Of a stretch of 64,000 bases of DNA, positions 25,101 through 38,693 are shown one piece after another. Under the pieces are notes generated by a model, which made no database searches, was not told the origin of the DNA, and saw nothing but the letters and a program-made list of their open reading frames with translations. The position numbers and the translations under genes are program-made. The number at the start of each line of letters is the position of its first letter. Position 1 is the stretch's first letter. The DNA is from Azolla caroliniana (taxonomy: Eukaryota > Plantae > Polypodiophyta): assembly GCA_043228905.1 (NCBI GenBank), contig JBHGNT010000004.1, positions 14,694,001-14,758,000 on the forward strand. The letters are read 5' to 3'.

Positions 25101-26932
25101 CATAGACACATGAAGTCGGCTATGAAGAGACATTTGCTCCGGTGGCAAAGATGACGACTGTGCGGACTGTGATTGCACTTGCAATGACGAAATGGTAGTA
25201 CCTCCACCAAATGGACGTCAAGAATGTCTTTCTTCAAGGCGAATTAGAAGAGGTGTACATGGTACGACCACCCAGCGTCGAATCCAACATTCATTCAAAA
25301 GCCGTATGCCAACTCAAGAAGCCTCTCTACGGTCTCAAGCAAGCACCGCGTGCTTGGCATTTCAAGATTACACAATATCTTCATCAAATCGACTTTCGAA
25401 TGTCAAAATCTGACAACTCCCTCTACGTACAAAACGACTCTAGAAGCTCGATTGTCATCATCCTATACGTGGATGATCTGGTCATTGGAGGAGAAAGTTT
25501 AGTCGACATCAACAAGGTGAAATCCCTCCTCTCCAACAAATTTGAGATGACGGACATGAAGGAACTTTATTACTTCCTAGGCATCGAAGTAATTCGGATT
25601 CCAGCTAGCATTATGATCTCTCAACGACACTACATTCTCAACTTATCAAGCCCGGGATGATAGAGTGCAAATCTGTGGCAACCCCTCTCGATCGAAACCT
25701 CAAACTAGATGTCGACTCCGGCACAGACGAGTGCGAGCTGACTCAATATCGACAACTGATTGAGAGCCTCATCTATCTCACGATGACGCAACCCAACCTC
25801 AACTATCCGGTCGGCCTCCTTAGCCAATTCATGAAAACTTCGCTAGATATCCATTTCGATTGCGCTAAGCGAGTATTACGATACATGAGCGGCACAATGG
25901 ATTACGACATCCTTTACGCATCGGCCCCACACCAATTTGACTCGAAGGGTACACGAATGCCGATTGGGCTGACTACAAAGCTGATCGACGATCAACCTCT
26001 GGTTTTGTCTTCTCACTTGACAGCGGAGCAATTTCGTGGAGTAGCAAGAAGCAACCAACCATAGCTCTTTCGAGTATGGCTCAAGAGGATTTTGAAGGAT
26101 CTCGGCGTTCCCATCAAGGACCCGACTCCCATTTACTGCGACAACATGAGTAGTATATATCTGGCTCAGAACCTGGTGTTCCACGCACACACAAAGCATA
26201 TCGAAGTGCACTACCACTTCATTCGAGAGCGTGTTCAGGCCGGAGATGTTGATCTTCTACACATAAACACGAATCTTCAAACAACCGACATCTTCAACAC
26301 GAATCTTCACACAACAATTCATGTCAGACCTTGGATTGACGATCCCTAACTTGCCATGCTTGAGGGGGAGTACAAGCGATAATCGGATACCGTCCGAACC
26401 GGGTACGAACCGAAGCGGACACTAGAGATCGTCTGAACCGAATACCAGCCGAAGTGGACATCAATAAAGAGGAACTGACCTGAGTTGAGCTTCAGGGGGC
26501 ATGTTGAGAATCAAGCTCAACATAGTGCAACATGTGAACACACCTTTTGAGAATCTATGATTACTCAAAGGTCAAGAGTCACACCATTACTCTCTACACA
26601 TTAACTATGTGTCATAAAATCATATTCTATGACACATAACTAATGAGTTACACATTCCCCAAGAGAGAGTGGTTGTTGTAGTTAGTTAATGAAGAGAGAG
26701 GGTGACTATATATAAAGCACCCTCCTCATACTTCATATTAAGTCGTATGTGACTCCTTGTAAGGCTACATTTTTTTACTTGTGAATATACATCTTGTTCT
26801 TCTTGAGTACTACATTGTGTTCCCATTCTATCTAATCTATCTTGTGTTTCTCTTCACTTCTCTCTTTCCTCTCACACATACACATAACACACATCTCTTC
26901 CGCTACACAAGAATCATACCCGATTCTTTACA
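22180..26932 (+). mobile_element. Ty1/Copia element with both LTRs, integrase core deleted
   Basis: LTRs 22180-22651 and 26502-26932, TSD GAAAA, PBS TGGTATCAGAG at 22652, gag from 22812, RT YVDD, RNase H. Junction KQHR|HCILVGY near 24349. Confidence 0.96.
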
Positions 26933-27526
26933 GAAAACATATGTGGTGAGAAACCTTATTTCCCCCTCGTTAACAAGAAAACTATGTTGGTAAGTTACCC
27001 AACCTCAAGGCTTATCATTATGATGACATACCCCAAAGTGCAACCTAATGGTCAAGCCACACGAGCCCTCTTTTCATAGTAGGCCCACATGGCCCATCAC
27101 ATGGTTACATCATTACGAATGCCTTTCATAATGATGCTCTCATGGTGGCATTGTAACCATGTAACGAGGGAGAGATGTTGGATGTGTGTATGATAGGAGC
27201 GACCTCACTTGAAGTGGGTCAAGTCGTATGCTCTCAACATCATTGTGGCTATGATCATTTCGTTATAACGTGTAATAAGATGGAAGTGACCAACGAGGAT
27301 GACAACAAAAAAATTTGTTGAAAAAGGATGGTGACTATGCCATTCTCACAAAAATGTGAGGATGGCCACCAAGATCCTTCCCCCGAAAAGGACAACGTTC
27401 GATTAAACACTATACCAAATTACGTAATAAACACTAATATACACATATTTATGTTTATGACATATATACGATTAAATATGTATACATGTGATTACATATA
27501 TGCATATAACAACGAATGATGTAATC

Positions 27527-27770
27527 GAGGCATATAGCCTCTATGCACACGAAATATCCAAAAATAAGGGTGAATGTAATACGCAATCGAGGTATTCACC
27601 TCTTACACATACGACATAGATCACATATCAAATACATAGTAATTAAGGTATTGACCTCATATGCATACGTAACATATGCATGTGAACCTAATACGCAATT
27701 GAGGTATTGACCTCGTACGCATACGACACAAATCACATATCAATTATATGTCAATTGAGGTATTGACCTC
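27527..27770. repeat. Five palindromic GAGGTATTGACCTC-type motifs with a ~56-bp period
   Basis: Copies at 27527, 27589, 27645, 27701 and 27757. Alternate spacers are similar, giving a 112-bp higher-order unit. Confidence 0.85.
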
Positions 27771-28486
27771 ATACACATATGTAAACGTTTTATACAACCA
27801 ATTAATTACCATGACAACATCATTGAATCAATGAAAAAAAACATCTACAATCTATACATGATTAAATTGGGAGATGAAAGAATAGAAAAAAAGAAAGAAA
27901 GAGTTACCGAAGTTCCTTTGTTCATAGCTATCTGGATCAAGCTCGATCGCACATCGATCGATCACCATCCATCAAGAAGAAGAAAAAACAATCAACAAAA
28001 GAAACATTAGAATGAAAAGCTTGGATACCAATTGTTAGAGCTAGCTACTAATGTAAGCATATGATAAGGATAATATAAATAGAAAATAAGAGCGAAGAGA
28101 GAAAAAGAAGGGTGCTGATCCACCCGACCACCCCCCAACGAAGGGATCGAGACGAACTTGAGCCTCTATCGGTGTCCCATACCACCGCAGTGGCGTCGAG
28201 TCATACTTGGTGCTGGCGCGCTCGCTAAAAGAGTTGACCCACCACCATGAAGAAGTCTCAACGTAGTCGATAATGTATCAAATGAGGGTAGTTAGGCCTC
28301 ATATTTATAGCTAGACCTAAGGCCCCCAGGCAATTTCACACTTGACCTAATGGGTTGTCCCAATCCCAAGGATGAAAAGTAATCATTTCCTTCTTTACAC
28401 TCTCATTTAACCCTCACACTTTATCCAGTGTATAGAATACTATAGTAAAACTTACCACGGGATATTATATGGTCATGCACGTAACA

Positions 28487-28880
28487 ATATCACAACCCGT
28501 AAAAGCATCAACATTAGAGGAGGTCAACGTCAACATGATCAAGGAACCATGACTGGTGAACGTGGCTAAGGAGATACCATCGGAAGAGAAGACAACAATG
28601 GTTGGGTTGGTGAAGGAATTTAAAGATGTCTTCGCCCAGTCGTACGGGGATATGGGGGGGGGGGGGGTTGAATCCGAAACTGTACCAACACCAAATCCAC
28701 CTCAGTGAGGACGTTTTGGGCTACCGGATGAACCTAAACTATGCGCTGAAGGTCAAGGAGGAAATTGATAAATTGCTAAGAGTGGGCTTTATTCGGCCGG
28801 TGAAGCAGGCAATGTGGCAGAGTTCAATTGTTGTAGTACCCAAGAAAAATGGAAAGATCCAGTGCCGTGGATTTCCACGT
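28487..28880 (+). mobile_element. Gypsy (Tat/Athila-like) RT N-terminal fragment
   Basis: KEFKDVFA, YRMNLNYALKVKEEIDKLLRVGFIRPV and VVVPKKNGKI. Confidence 0.85.
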
Positions 28881-28885
28881 ATATG

Positions 28886-29717
28886 TGTTGAAATGGGACG
28901 CGGCCACGGGGATCTTGGACCAAGGAGCTGCTAAGAGTAGGAAGGTCGTCCGGAAATCGTCACTAGATCGGTTACCAGTCACGTATCTAGTCCGGATCGG
29001 TTCCAAGATGCCGAACAGGAGTGCATGGGTTCAAAGACGTGTGTTGCTCCGTACCGGTCGTTCGATAACAAGCAATGAGCACACGAGTTCAAAACTCAAG
29101 TAAACGCAAGCGATAGACGAAGACAGAATGGAGATTCGTACTCAACACAGAGAAAGCAATCGGATATAATGAAATGAACTAGATTAAACAAGGGAGGAAT
29201 ACAATCGGACTCAACCGGTATCAGAGCTACGCGCTCTCAAAACACAAACACACACATAGAAACACATAATGATGAAACTCTGGTTGGGAGCTCATGGGTT
29301 TCTTGCGCGAGCAAAGGCTTCACCTCCTTCCTCTAATCAATACAAAGCACAAGACAAAGAGAGAGCTCTGAACTCAAACCAACAACACTTCGTCTTCCCA
29401 ATCGTGGATCCCTAAAACAGTCTCAAACCTCCCCTTTTATAGAAGAAAGGGGAGGCTGTTACATGACCAAAAAAGACAACCACTTTCGGGCAGAGATTTC
29501 CCTCGATTCTCTCCATCAGATATTATTATTATTCTTTATGCGTGGGACATAAGTACCCATTAACTATTCTACCTAGTGCTCTAAATATTCTACACAAATT
29601 TACATTTCTTGTAGTCTGATCCTTGTGGTCTGTGCCTACTTGCACAACCCTCGTTCACGCGCCGATCTGTTCGGTCTTTCTCCTCGTGCCGGGACCCTCG
29701 TTCTCATGCGTCTGACA
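28886..29717 (-). mobile_element. Probable LTR (~830 bp) without TSD
   Basis: TGTTG...TGACA termini, minus-strand TATAAAA near 29440, non-coding. Confidence 0.5.
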
Positions 29718-29728
29718 CCTTTTCTCCA

Positions 29729-32165
29729 TGTAACCGAAACTATAATACCATTATTGATTTATTATATTGTATTATTCAATAGTCAATATTAGTTAATGAT
29801 AAAGGTAATTGCATGTCATAATATATGCATGCAAAAGTGGTGTGCATGCAGAAAAGCATGTCTAACAAGTGGTGTTCATGTAAAAGTTCTTCACTAGTAT
29901 AAAAGAAGGCTATAGAGTTTTGAGTGTAGAAGAATCATATATGTAAGAACTCTTCCTCCCTATATTGTATACATATCTTTTCATTCTTATACTATGATAG
30001 ATTGAACCTTTCCTCTATATCTACATCATTTGTTAATGTCTATGTTTCTATCTCTATACATGTATGTTATTTGTTGATCTTGGAAGACTACTGCGTGTTT
30101 CCTTGTGCATGTAGAGTTCTCAAAACTCTAACAATTGGTATCAGAGCTTAGAAAAGCCTAGCTTATTTTGTGTAATATGGTTGGCATATCATCTCAAATT
30201 GAGAAGTTAGACAAGAATAATTATCATCCATGGATGTTTCGTATGAAGAACTACTTGATAGGCAAAAATCTATGGGGATATGTGTCAGGGGCAATTGTGA
30301 AGCCATCCTTACCAACCCGAGAAGCAACTGATGAGCAACGTGAAGTTTTTATGCAATGGAACGAGAAAGATAAGATGGTAATTTTTGTTTTGTCACAAAA
30401 TATTTCAAATTCAATGATTGGTCATATTCAATAGTTAGAAACTTCTGAGGAAGTTTGGAATTGTTTAGAAAGTTTATATACATCCTCTACAAAAGCACGA
30501 AAAATTCAACTAAAGAATGAGTTGAATAATATTAAAAAAACTCCCTCAATGTCTGTGAATGATTATGTCTTGAAAATCAAGGATTTGATAGATGCGTTAG
30601 GATCAATTGGAAGTCCCGTAGATAATGATGATAAAGTTGCATTCTGTTTAAATGGTTTAAGGGACGATGATAAATGGAAATCATTCATTACATTAGTATA
30701 TGTTAGAGATAGTATGCCTGATTTTGATCAGTTGGTTGCTCTAATGGTAATAGAGGAAATGAACTTGCAAGGTTCAACCTCTAGTTCAAATCAGTCTCAA
30801 GTGTTCTATGTAGGAAATAGAGGAAGAGGAAGATATAATCGAAGTCGTGGCAGATGAAGAAGATTTCGACCACAGTTTCAAGAACAAAGTCAACAAAATC
30901 AAAGTAAAGAGAATATAAGAGGCAGAAGAGGTGGAAGTACAAATACTCAAAGAGGTAGATATGGAGCTAGGAAAGGTACTGTCATGTGTTATGTGTGCGG
31001 AAAACAAGGTCATTATGCACATCAATGCTAGCATAGAAGTCAAGGTAACAATAATTATGCTTCTACAGCTAAAAGTCAAGACAATTCAGAAAATTTGCTT
31101 GTTATGAATCATGTGTCGAGTAATAACCATAAAAATATTGATCATAATTGGTATATAGACAATGGATGTAGTAACCATGTCATATAATAAGGAAGTGTTT
31201 GAGAATTTGCATGCTCCAAATGTGTTTGGTTATGTACAAACTGAGGATGATACTAGGCATAGTGTTGAATTGGTTGGGCAAATATCATTACAAGCTGCGT
31301 GTGGTACTACAAATCAGTTGATTGATGTGTTGCATGTACCCACGATCACAAAGAATTTGATTTCTATAGGACAAATGGTGGAGAAAGGATTACAAGTAAA
31401 ATTTAATTATAAAGGTTGTTTTATAGAAGATCTTAAGAAAGGATATAAGGTGATTGCTAAACGAAAAAAGAGGGAAGGATGTTTACTATGGATATTATGA
31501 AAGATGATAGAACATACTTTGCACTTGGAAATGAAAAGATTGTTAATTGATTTTTGGCATAAGAGGATTGGTCATGTGAATTTACAAAAGTGAAAAAGTA
31601 TGTAGTTGAATGAATTAGTGTTTGGTTTGCCTCATTTTAAGAATAAAGAGATGCATTATGTATGTGAAGCTTGTCAATTTGGAAAACAAGCTAGGTTGCC
31701 GTTTAAGAAAGAAAGATTCACGAGCTCTCATGTGTTACAACAAATACATACTGATGTTTGGGGTCCGTCAAAATAAGTATCACATGGAGGAAGCAAGTAT
31801 TATGTGACCTTTATTGATGATTATTCAAGAAAGGTTTGGGTGTACTTTATGAAAAATAAGTAAGATGTTTTTTATTATTTTAAGATATTTAAGAATCAAG
31901 TAGAAAATGAAGCAAATGCTAAGATAAAAATATTAAGGTCACATGGAGGGGGAGAATATTTTTCTCATGAATTTTCAAAATTTTTATATGATTGTGGAAT
32001 AAAAATATAATATACATGTAGATACACACCTCAACAAAATGGCGTTGCTGAGAGAAAGAATAGGACCATTCTTGAAGTTGCAAGGTCAATGCTTAATGAA
32101 AAGTGTATGCCTCATTCATTTTGGGCTGATGTTGTTCATACTGCGGTGTACTTGATCAATAGATA
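29729..32165 (+). mobile_element. AT-rich degenerate Copia 5' half (LTR to 30133, PBS, gag, PR, INT)
   Basis: PBS TGGTATCAGAGC at 30136-30147. EKLDKNNYHPWMFRMKNYL, HTDVWGP and PQQNGVAERKNRT. The LTR start is uncertain. Confidence 0.88.
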
Positions 32166-34890
32166 CGTTGATGAGGAACTCGGGAAATGGCCAACTCGGG
32201 AGACTATATTTGTAAATAGTCTTAGTGTACGCCCCATGAGGGCTACGTATGTAAATAACCAGAAAGTTACGTAAGTATATATGCAACTAGGGCAAACATG
32301 TTGTAGCAAAGATGTAGGAGCAAAAGTAAAACGATTGAGCGTGAGAGATGAACAGAACGTGAGAGAGTGAGAGAGAAGAAGCGTGAGCTGTGCCATAACT
32401 GTGTTGTAATAGTAGACACGAAGAGCCCTGCGTGGCTGTTACACTCGACAGAGTGTTGTAACCTTCTTAGTGGTGTATATCCACTATTTGTATAGTGAAG
32501 ATCTGTTCCTGTGGTTTTTCCTTGTTTTAGGGTTTCCACGTAAATCTCTGTGTATAGTCGTCTATCTTGTCTTTCTCGCATTAGACTGTGATTCGTATTT
32601 TAGCACGTAGTTCGATTATTGTGATTAATTCCGCAATGATTTCTCACCAATCTGGTATCAGAGCTTGAGGTGCAAGCATGGAAGGAAGTGTTAGCGAATT
32701 CCCAGGTATGATAGTTCTCAATTCACAGAACTATGCAGACTGGAAGATAAAGATGGAAGACCTTCTCATTGTCAAATACCTGTACGATCCAATCGACAGA
32801 GCAAAAATACCCAAGGGGGTATTGGAGTCAGACTGGAAGCTTCTGAATAGGAAGGCGGTGGCCAGAATCTGACAATGTGTCGATGTAAGTGTCCTTCAGC
32901 ATGTGGTGTGGTAGAAGTTGTCCTTCAGAACGACACGAATGCCCACGAGATGTGGTAGAAGTTGTCGGGTCTGTACGAGAGGAAGAACGCGCTAAACAGA
33001 ACCTCACTGATGAGAAAAATCGTACGACTGAAATATAGAGACAGTGAGAGCATCGTCGAACACATCAACAAATTCATGGGGTATGTGAATCAACTTCCTG
33101 CGACCAAGTTTCCCTTGGATGATGCAATGCAGGCCATCCTACTGATGTGCACACTACTGGAAAGCTGGGAGAACTTGGTGGTTACTCTCAGCACCTCCTG
33201 TCAAGAAGAGAACTTGTCTTTACAGACGGTGAAGACAAGCATCCTAAACTAGGAGGCAAGAAGGAAAGACAAAGGAGTTCTGTCCCAAACGGAGTCGAAT
33301 CTGACTCAACACATGGACAGAGGTAGAGATCGACAAAGAAGAAGTCCGCAGCGAATGGAAAAATTCCACACCAGATCGAAGTCTAGAAGTAAGCTGGTGT
33401 GCTTTTATTGTGGAAAACCTGGACACTTCCAGAAGGATTGCCGACACCTGAGAAAAGACAAGAGTGTCAGGAATAATGTTGAACCCCGGAAGATTCTGGA
33501 TGAAAAGAACACTTCGGCCATTGCTACGAGCAATGAGGAACTTCTGTTCATCTGTGAACAGACAAGTGCAAATCTTGCAAGCGAAGAGTGCACTTGGGTG
33601 ATCGACTCCGACGCATCCTTTCACATTACTCCGTCGAGAGAGTACTTCTCGACTTACATAGCTGGGGATCATGGCTATGTAAAGATGGGTGATAGTGGAG
33701 AGTGCAAGATAACCAGAGTTGGAAGTGTGTGCTTAACGAAGTCGACAGGGTGTCGACTGACGTTGAAGGATGTTCGACACGTCCCCGATATAAGATTGAA
33801 TCTGATATCGACTGGAAGGCTTGATGACGACGACTACAGTGGTAGCTTTCAGAATGGCAAGTGGAAGTTCTACCGAGGAAATCTCATAGCAGCCCGAGCA
33901 TAGAAAGAATGCACATTGTATACAATGCATGCCCGACTGTGCAAATCGGAAGTAAATGTGGCAGCCAACTCGGCAGGGGAGATATGGCATAAGAGGCAAG
34001 GGCACATGAGCGAGAAGGGAATGCACCTTTTAGCAGACCAGAAACTTCTACCAGAAGTCAAGGGAGTGCACCTGGAGAAGTGTGTCGACTGCTTAGCCAG
34101 AAAGCAGAATAGGGCGGCATTCCACACAAGACCACCAAGGAGAAGAGATGTTGCACTGGAACTAGTGCACACGGATGTGTGCTATGTGGATGCTCCATCG
34201 CATCGAGGAGGACAATACTTTGTAACTTTTATTGACGACTGCAGTTGGAAAACATGGGCCTTCGTACTGAAGTTAAAGGATCAAGTACTGTCGGTTTTCA
34301 AAGAGTTCCAGGCAAGAACCGAAAGAGAGTCGGGTTGGAAACTGAAGGTTGTCCGAACCGACAACGGTGGCGAGTACAAAGGGCAGTTCGAGGAGTACTG
34401 CAAGTGCCAAGGTATTCAAATCGAATACACAGTGCCAAAGACCCCAGAATTAAACGGTCTTGCAGAGAGGATGAATCGAACAATCATGGAGAGAGTAAGG
34501 AGCATGCTCTCTCATGCGAAACTGCCAAAATCCTATTGGGCTGAGGCGATGTACACAACTATTTATCTAATCAACAAGTCTCCCTCAATGCCATTAAAGG
34601 GTGATGTCCCATAGACGGTGTGGACAGGGAAGGATGTCTCCTACCAGCACCTGAGGGTGTTTGGATGTTTGGCATATATGCATGTACCAAAGGATCAGAG
34701 ATCAAAGCTCGATAGCAAGTCGAAAGCATGCATATTCATGGGATACTTGGAAGAGGAGTTCGGCTATAGATTGTGGGACTTAGTCGACAAGAAGGTAGTG
34801 AGAAGTCGGGATGTAGTTTTTCTAGAAGACAAGACAATTGAAGACTGGAAGCAATAGAAGTCGAAACCGACTCCCTAGTCAATCTCGACT
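32166..34890 (+). mobile_element. Tork/Tnt1-like Copia 5' half (LTR to ~32649, PBS, gag, PR, INT), truncated
   Basis: PBS at 32653-32664. ORFs 32678-34857 with CFYCGKPGHFQKDC, WVIDSDAS, LELVHTDVC and TPELNGLAERMNRT. Confidence 0.92.
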
Positions 34891-35654
34891 AAGTTCTCTT
34901 CTTTTAGAGAGTTCATAAATCATTCTAAATATGGTGTACATTTTTGAGATATTTCTTGAGCTAATTTCCAAACATATGAGAAGGCATGCCAAGGAACTAT
35001 ATGAACAAAACGGAAAGTCACTTAAAATATCTATATTCAATTTATTTTAGCCATGCTTTTTGTAAGAAAACAACATATACATGATCTTAACACAAAGATT
35101 ACCCAAAAATTGAGAAACTAAGAGAAAGTGATGTGAAGGCATCCCAAAAATAATTTGCACAATCTCACCACAAATTGTATCTCAAGACTCAACCCTCTAC
35201 TTCATGAGGAATACAAATAAATCCTCTCTTTTCTTTCTTTCTATTAATCAATGTGTGTGGAAACACACGATTTTATTAATCAATGTGTGTGAAAACACCA
35301 TAACAATAACACAATTGAGTGTGTCACAACTACATGGGTAGTGGAACATGTTGAATCTCCAATAGGCAAGACAATCACTCCACTAACTCCATGAAAGAAA
35401 CACTTTTCACCTGAATGTATAAACAAAATTGTTACATCTATACTCTTGTCAACGCTCATAGTAATATTGTCACTCTATGCCTATCGTTAACTACAAAAGC
35501 ATTACGCATATCCTAGTAATGATGCAACCCCCAATATCTCAAAAAGAGGAAAACAATCTCCATCTTTGATCTCGCGTCAAATTGCATAAATTGTGCAAAC
35601 ATCCACCATCTTGGTGTCAAGTAACATAACAATACTTGCAATATATAAGAAATG

Positions 35655-38000
35655 TGTTACGAATTAGGTAATTAAGCCAGGGTTAATTAGCGACTAATTA
35701 TGTGATTAAGTTAAGCGGAAGATTAAGTGATATGTGTGTGTATGTGTGTGTGAGGAAGAGAGAGAGGAAGATACACTTATGAACAATAATGTAAATGGGG
35801 AATGATTAACTATATTAAAAAACATCATCAAATACAAAAATACCCACAATGAGGTATATATACATCTCATGTGCAAAGGTGTACAAGTGTGAGTGGAATA
35901 TAGGTACAAATGTGTAAGTCCTATATTAAATGAATATGGGAGTGGAGGATCTACAATGTATCCAACTCAAGTATGAAATTCTATTTAAGGTTTTAAGGTC
36001 AATACACTAACTAGATTCTATCGAGGTAACTACTAAGTTACGTGTGTTGACTAACTAGCTAAATCTAGTAGAGCTTGATATCTCAACACACCCCCTCAAG
36101 TTCAAGTGTGAGGCGCTCGATGTCCGCTTTGTCTTTCATCGGCTTCGTCACCCTCCGTCTGGCCTTCGGTTTTCTTTGGCCTTTCCAAGGACATTTCAGT
36201 AGTTTCGGTTCCTCCCCCTCAATCCTGTGACGAAGGCTTGGGTCGACTACTTTCACCCATCGTGGGTCACGAGCCACTTTTGTAGAGCTCTCGGGCTCTT
36301 GTTTGGCCTCTACCTTCATCGCGAAGGCATAATGATGGGCCATGTACTCGTTGTAGCTAAGCCGAGTTACAGGGTTCTTTTCTCTAGATGAGCGTTGAAG
36401 TTTTTCGCTCGCCGATGTGAGCTCCTTCTTTACTCCGGGTGTCCACATGATAGGAACACCAAAATCACTGTCTAGTGAGCGAGCCGACACATCCGAATCA
36501 CTGTCGTCGGGTTGATCGACTTCACATTCGAGCATCTTAACTTTGCCGTTGTCCAAGGTCGTACTTGACCGCGACGTGCTTGGAATGCTTGAAGGCTCAG
36601 GTGGGTTTGGATTGGCCTTTGGTAGAGGAGTTGTCTGAATATCGTCCTTCGAGTTGACGTTCAACTCTTCCTCGGTCGGGTCGGGTGGAGCCGAATCGGG
36701 CTTATACCAAGATGCCGATTCGTCGAAGACTAGGTCTCGACTCACCCGAATCGCTTGGGTCAAAGGGTTATAGCACTTTTATGCCTTCTTCTCGGATGAG
36801 TATCGTACGAGGATACATTTCTCCGACTTCGTGTCGGGCTTCTGTCAATTTTCGTTCGGGATTCCTACATTCGTAATGCTTCTGAACACCTTGAGTTGCA
36901 ACAAGATTGGTTTCCTTCCGACAAGGAGCTCATATGGAGTTACCTCATGTACTCCATTAGTAGTGCACTGGTTCGTCAGATAGATGGCCGTGGATGCCGC
37001 TTCGGCCCAATAGAAGTTTGGCATGTGCTTCTCATGCATCATGGTGCGTGCTACCTAAAGTATGTGCCGATTTTTCCTTTCGGCTACTCCATTTTGTTGG
37101 GGTGTGTGTCAGCACGAAAACTCTCTTTGAATGCCTTCACCTTGGAGGTACGAGATGAATTCATTGAATGCGCTGACCGATATCTTTTTCGACTTGACCC
37201 TTGAGCTTTTGGAAGTGAGAGAGAACTTCGCTCTTCTTCTTCATCGGGAAGATCCATGTGTAGCGCGAGTAGTCATCGATGAAGGTGACATAGTATCGAC
37301 ATCCGCCGATTGTCGGCGTTTGAGCCGGTCCCCATACATCTGAATGTATGATGTCAAGGATGCCTTTGCTTGCATAGCTCTCATTCAGAAATGGGAGTCG
37401 ATGTTGTTTGCTGAGTTGGCATGCTTCACATACTCGGTCGACTCGATTGCCGGAAGTCTGATGACGACTGCCTTTGATTGCATCACTCGGAGCCGTTGGA
37501 GGTTGATGTGGCCGATTCTCTTGTGCCACAACTCGATGCTTGTCTCGGTTTTGAGACATTTGGCATACATGGCCGATTTTACCTCATTCGAAATCGAGGA
37601 TGAACATTCGGCTGTCTCTTCGTCCTCTAGGTATGAGTCAACCATCTTTCTCGATGAAGCATCCTTCGTTGTTCAAAAGAACTTGCATGTGTTGCTCCAC
37701 GATTTTGTTGACCAAGAACAAATTCTTTGTTATTGTGGGCACATCCAAGACATTCTTGATGCAATTGTTTTGGTCATCATTGCCGAATGGAACGTTGCCA
37801 ATGTGCTGAATGGGATGTGTGGTGTCGTTTCTTGTCTCTATGAAGCTGGGTCGATTGGGTTTGCACAAATCACTGAACCACTGTTCATGGGATGTCATGT
37901 AATATGAGGTGCCGGAATGGAAGAACCATAGGTCTTTCGAGTTGGAGGTGCTTGTGGAGTCGGAGGTTGAAATAGAGTTCGCTCTATGTCTCATTACTAA
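35655..38000 (-). mobile_element. Copia deletion derivative: PR-INT remnant, RT/RNase H deleted, PPT, 3' LTR 35655-36088
   Basis: IHSDVWGP and FYWAEAASTA. EPES..DPRWVK is joined near 36245 to the 3' end. PPT TTGAGGGGGTG. Confidence 0.88.
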
Positions 38001-38009
38001 TAATCCACC

Positions 38010-38592
38010 ATAGAGTTCGCAAGTAGTTAGAAGGAAAGAAGTTATAATCATTTTTGTTGTACAGTTATTGTGTGTAGTTGCCTTTGTAATTGAGTGAGAG
38101 ATAGACACAAAGAGTGAGAGTTGTAACTCCGCCGCCGTCTATTAAACAAAGACGAGCTTGAGGTCATTGCCTCTGAGTCTCCTTCTATTCCTCTCCATAT
38201 ACTTACTGATTCTAGTCTTCGGATTCGTGGACCCCCGTGGTTTTATCCCTTTCGGGTTTCCCACATAAAACATCATGTGCCTTTGTGATTGAGTAAGAGA
38301 CAGACACAAAGAGTGAGAGTTGTAACTCCGCCGCCGTCTGTTACACGAAGACGAGCTCGAGTTCATTGCCTCTAAGTCTCCTTGTATTCCTCTCCATATA
38401 CTTACTGATTCTATTCCTGGGATTCGTGGACCCCTGTGGTTTTTTCCCTTTCGAGTTTCCCACATAAAACATCATGTGCCTTTGTAATTTCTGTACTTCT
38501 CTTCTCGTTTTGTCTATGCACTATCTTTCTTGATCTTTGCACCCGAATACGAAAGCATATTGACCGGTTGAGGTCGGCTACATATCCTAACA
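38010..38592 (+). mobile_element. Tork-type LTR 3' portion with a 199-bp tandem duplication
   Basis: TGCCTTTGTRATT at 38079, 38278 and 38477. CCGTGGTTTT..GGGTTTCCCAC motif typical of the Tork LTRs in this window. Ends TAACA. Confidence 0.8.
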
Positions 38593-38693
38593 GATGTCAT
38601 AACCTCCTCACGAACCAGCTCCACCATTTAATTCAACTTGCCTATGTTTTTTAACACAAATTACATCTGCTTGAGAAGAGGTAATATAGTTCC

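Larger units (their letters stand above)
15140..28486 (-). mobile_element. Old Gypsy element hosting two insertions: 5' LTR 28033-28486, degenerate iMet PBS, long 5' UTR, gag remnant (about 21420-21183 plus 15497-15140)
   Basis: Joining across the TSD GGTAT gives gag-like KPFTGDKK..RWESHFDL..DTWIDFVTVFKGQFL..LEDYV..IACFVNGI..DPKSFKEAI. PBS-like TGGTATCCAAGC at 28030-28019. Continuity of the UTR is inferred. Confidence 0.7.

Noticed and set aside
27527-27770. CRISPR-like palindromic repeat/spacer array
   Set aside because: The spacers are mutually similar (112-bp higher-order tandem), there are no cas genes, and the context is a plant retroelement.
28654-28667. Poly-G runs (G14 here, G13 at 12892-12904) as G-quadruplex elements
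   Set aside because: Isolated homopolymer expansions. This one lies in a dead RT frame.
34890-35654. Possible gene or DNA transposon (also 12800-13420)
   Set aside because: No ORF, splice pattern, TIR or TSD that I could support. Only a short 32-bp tandem duplication near 35240-35300.
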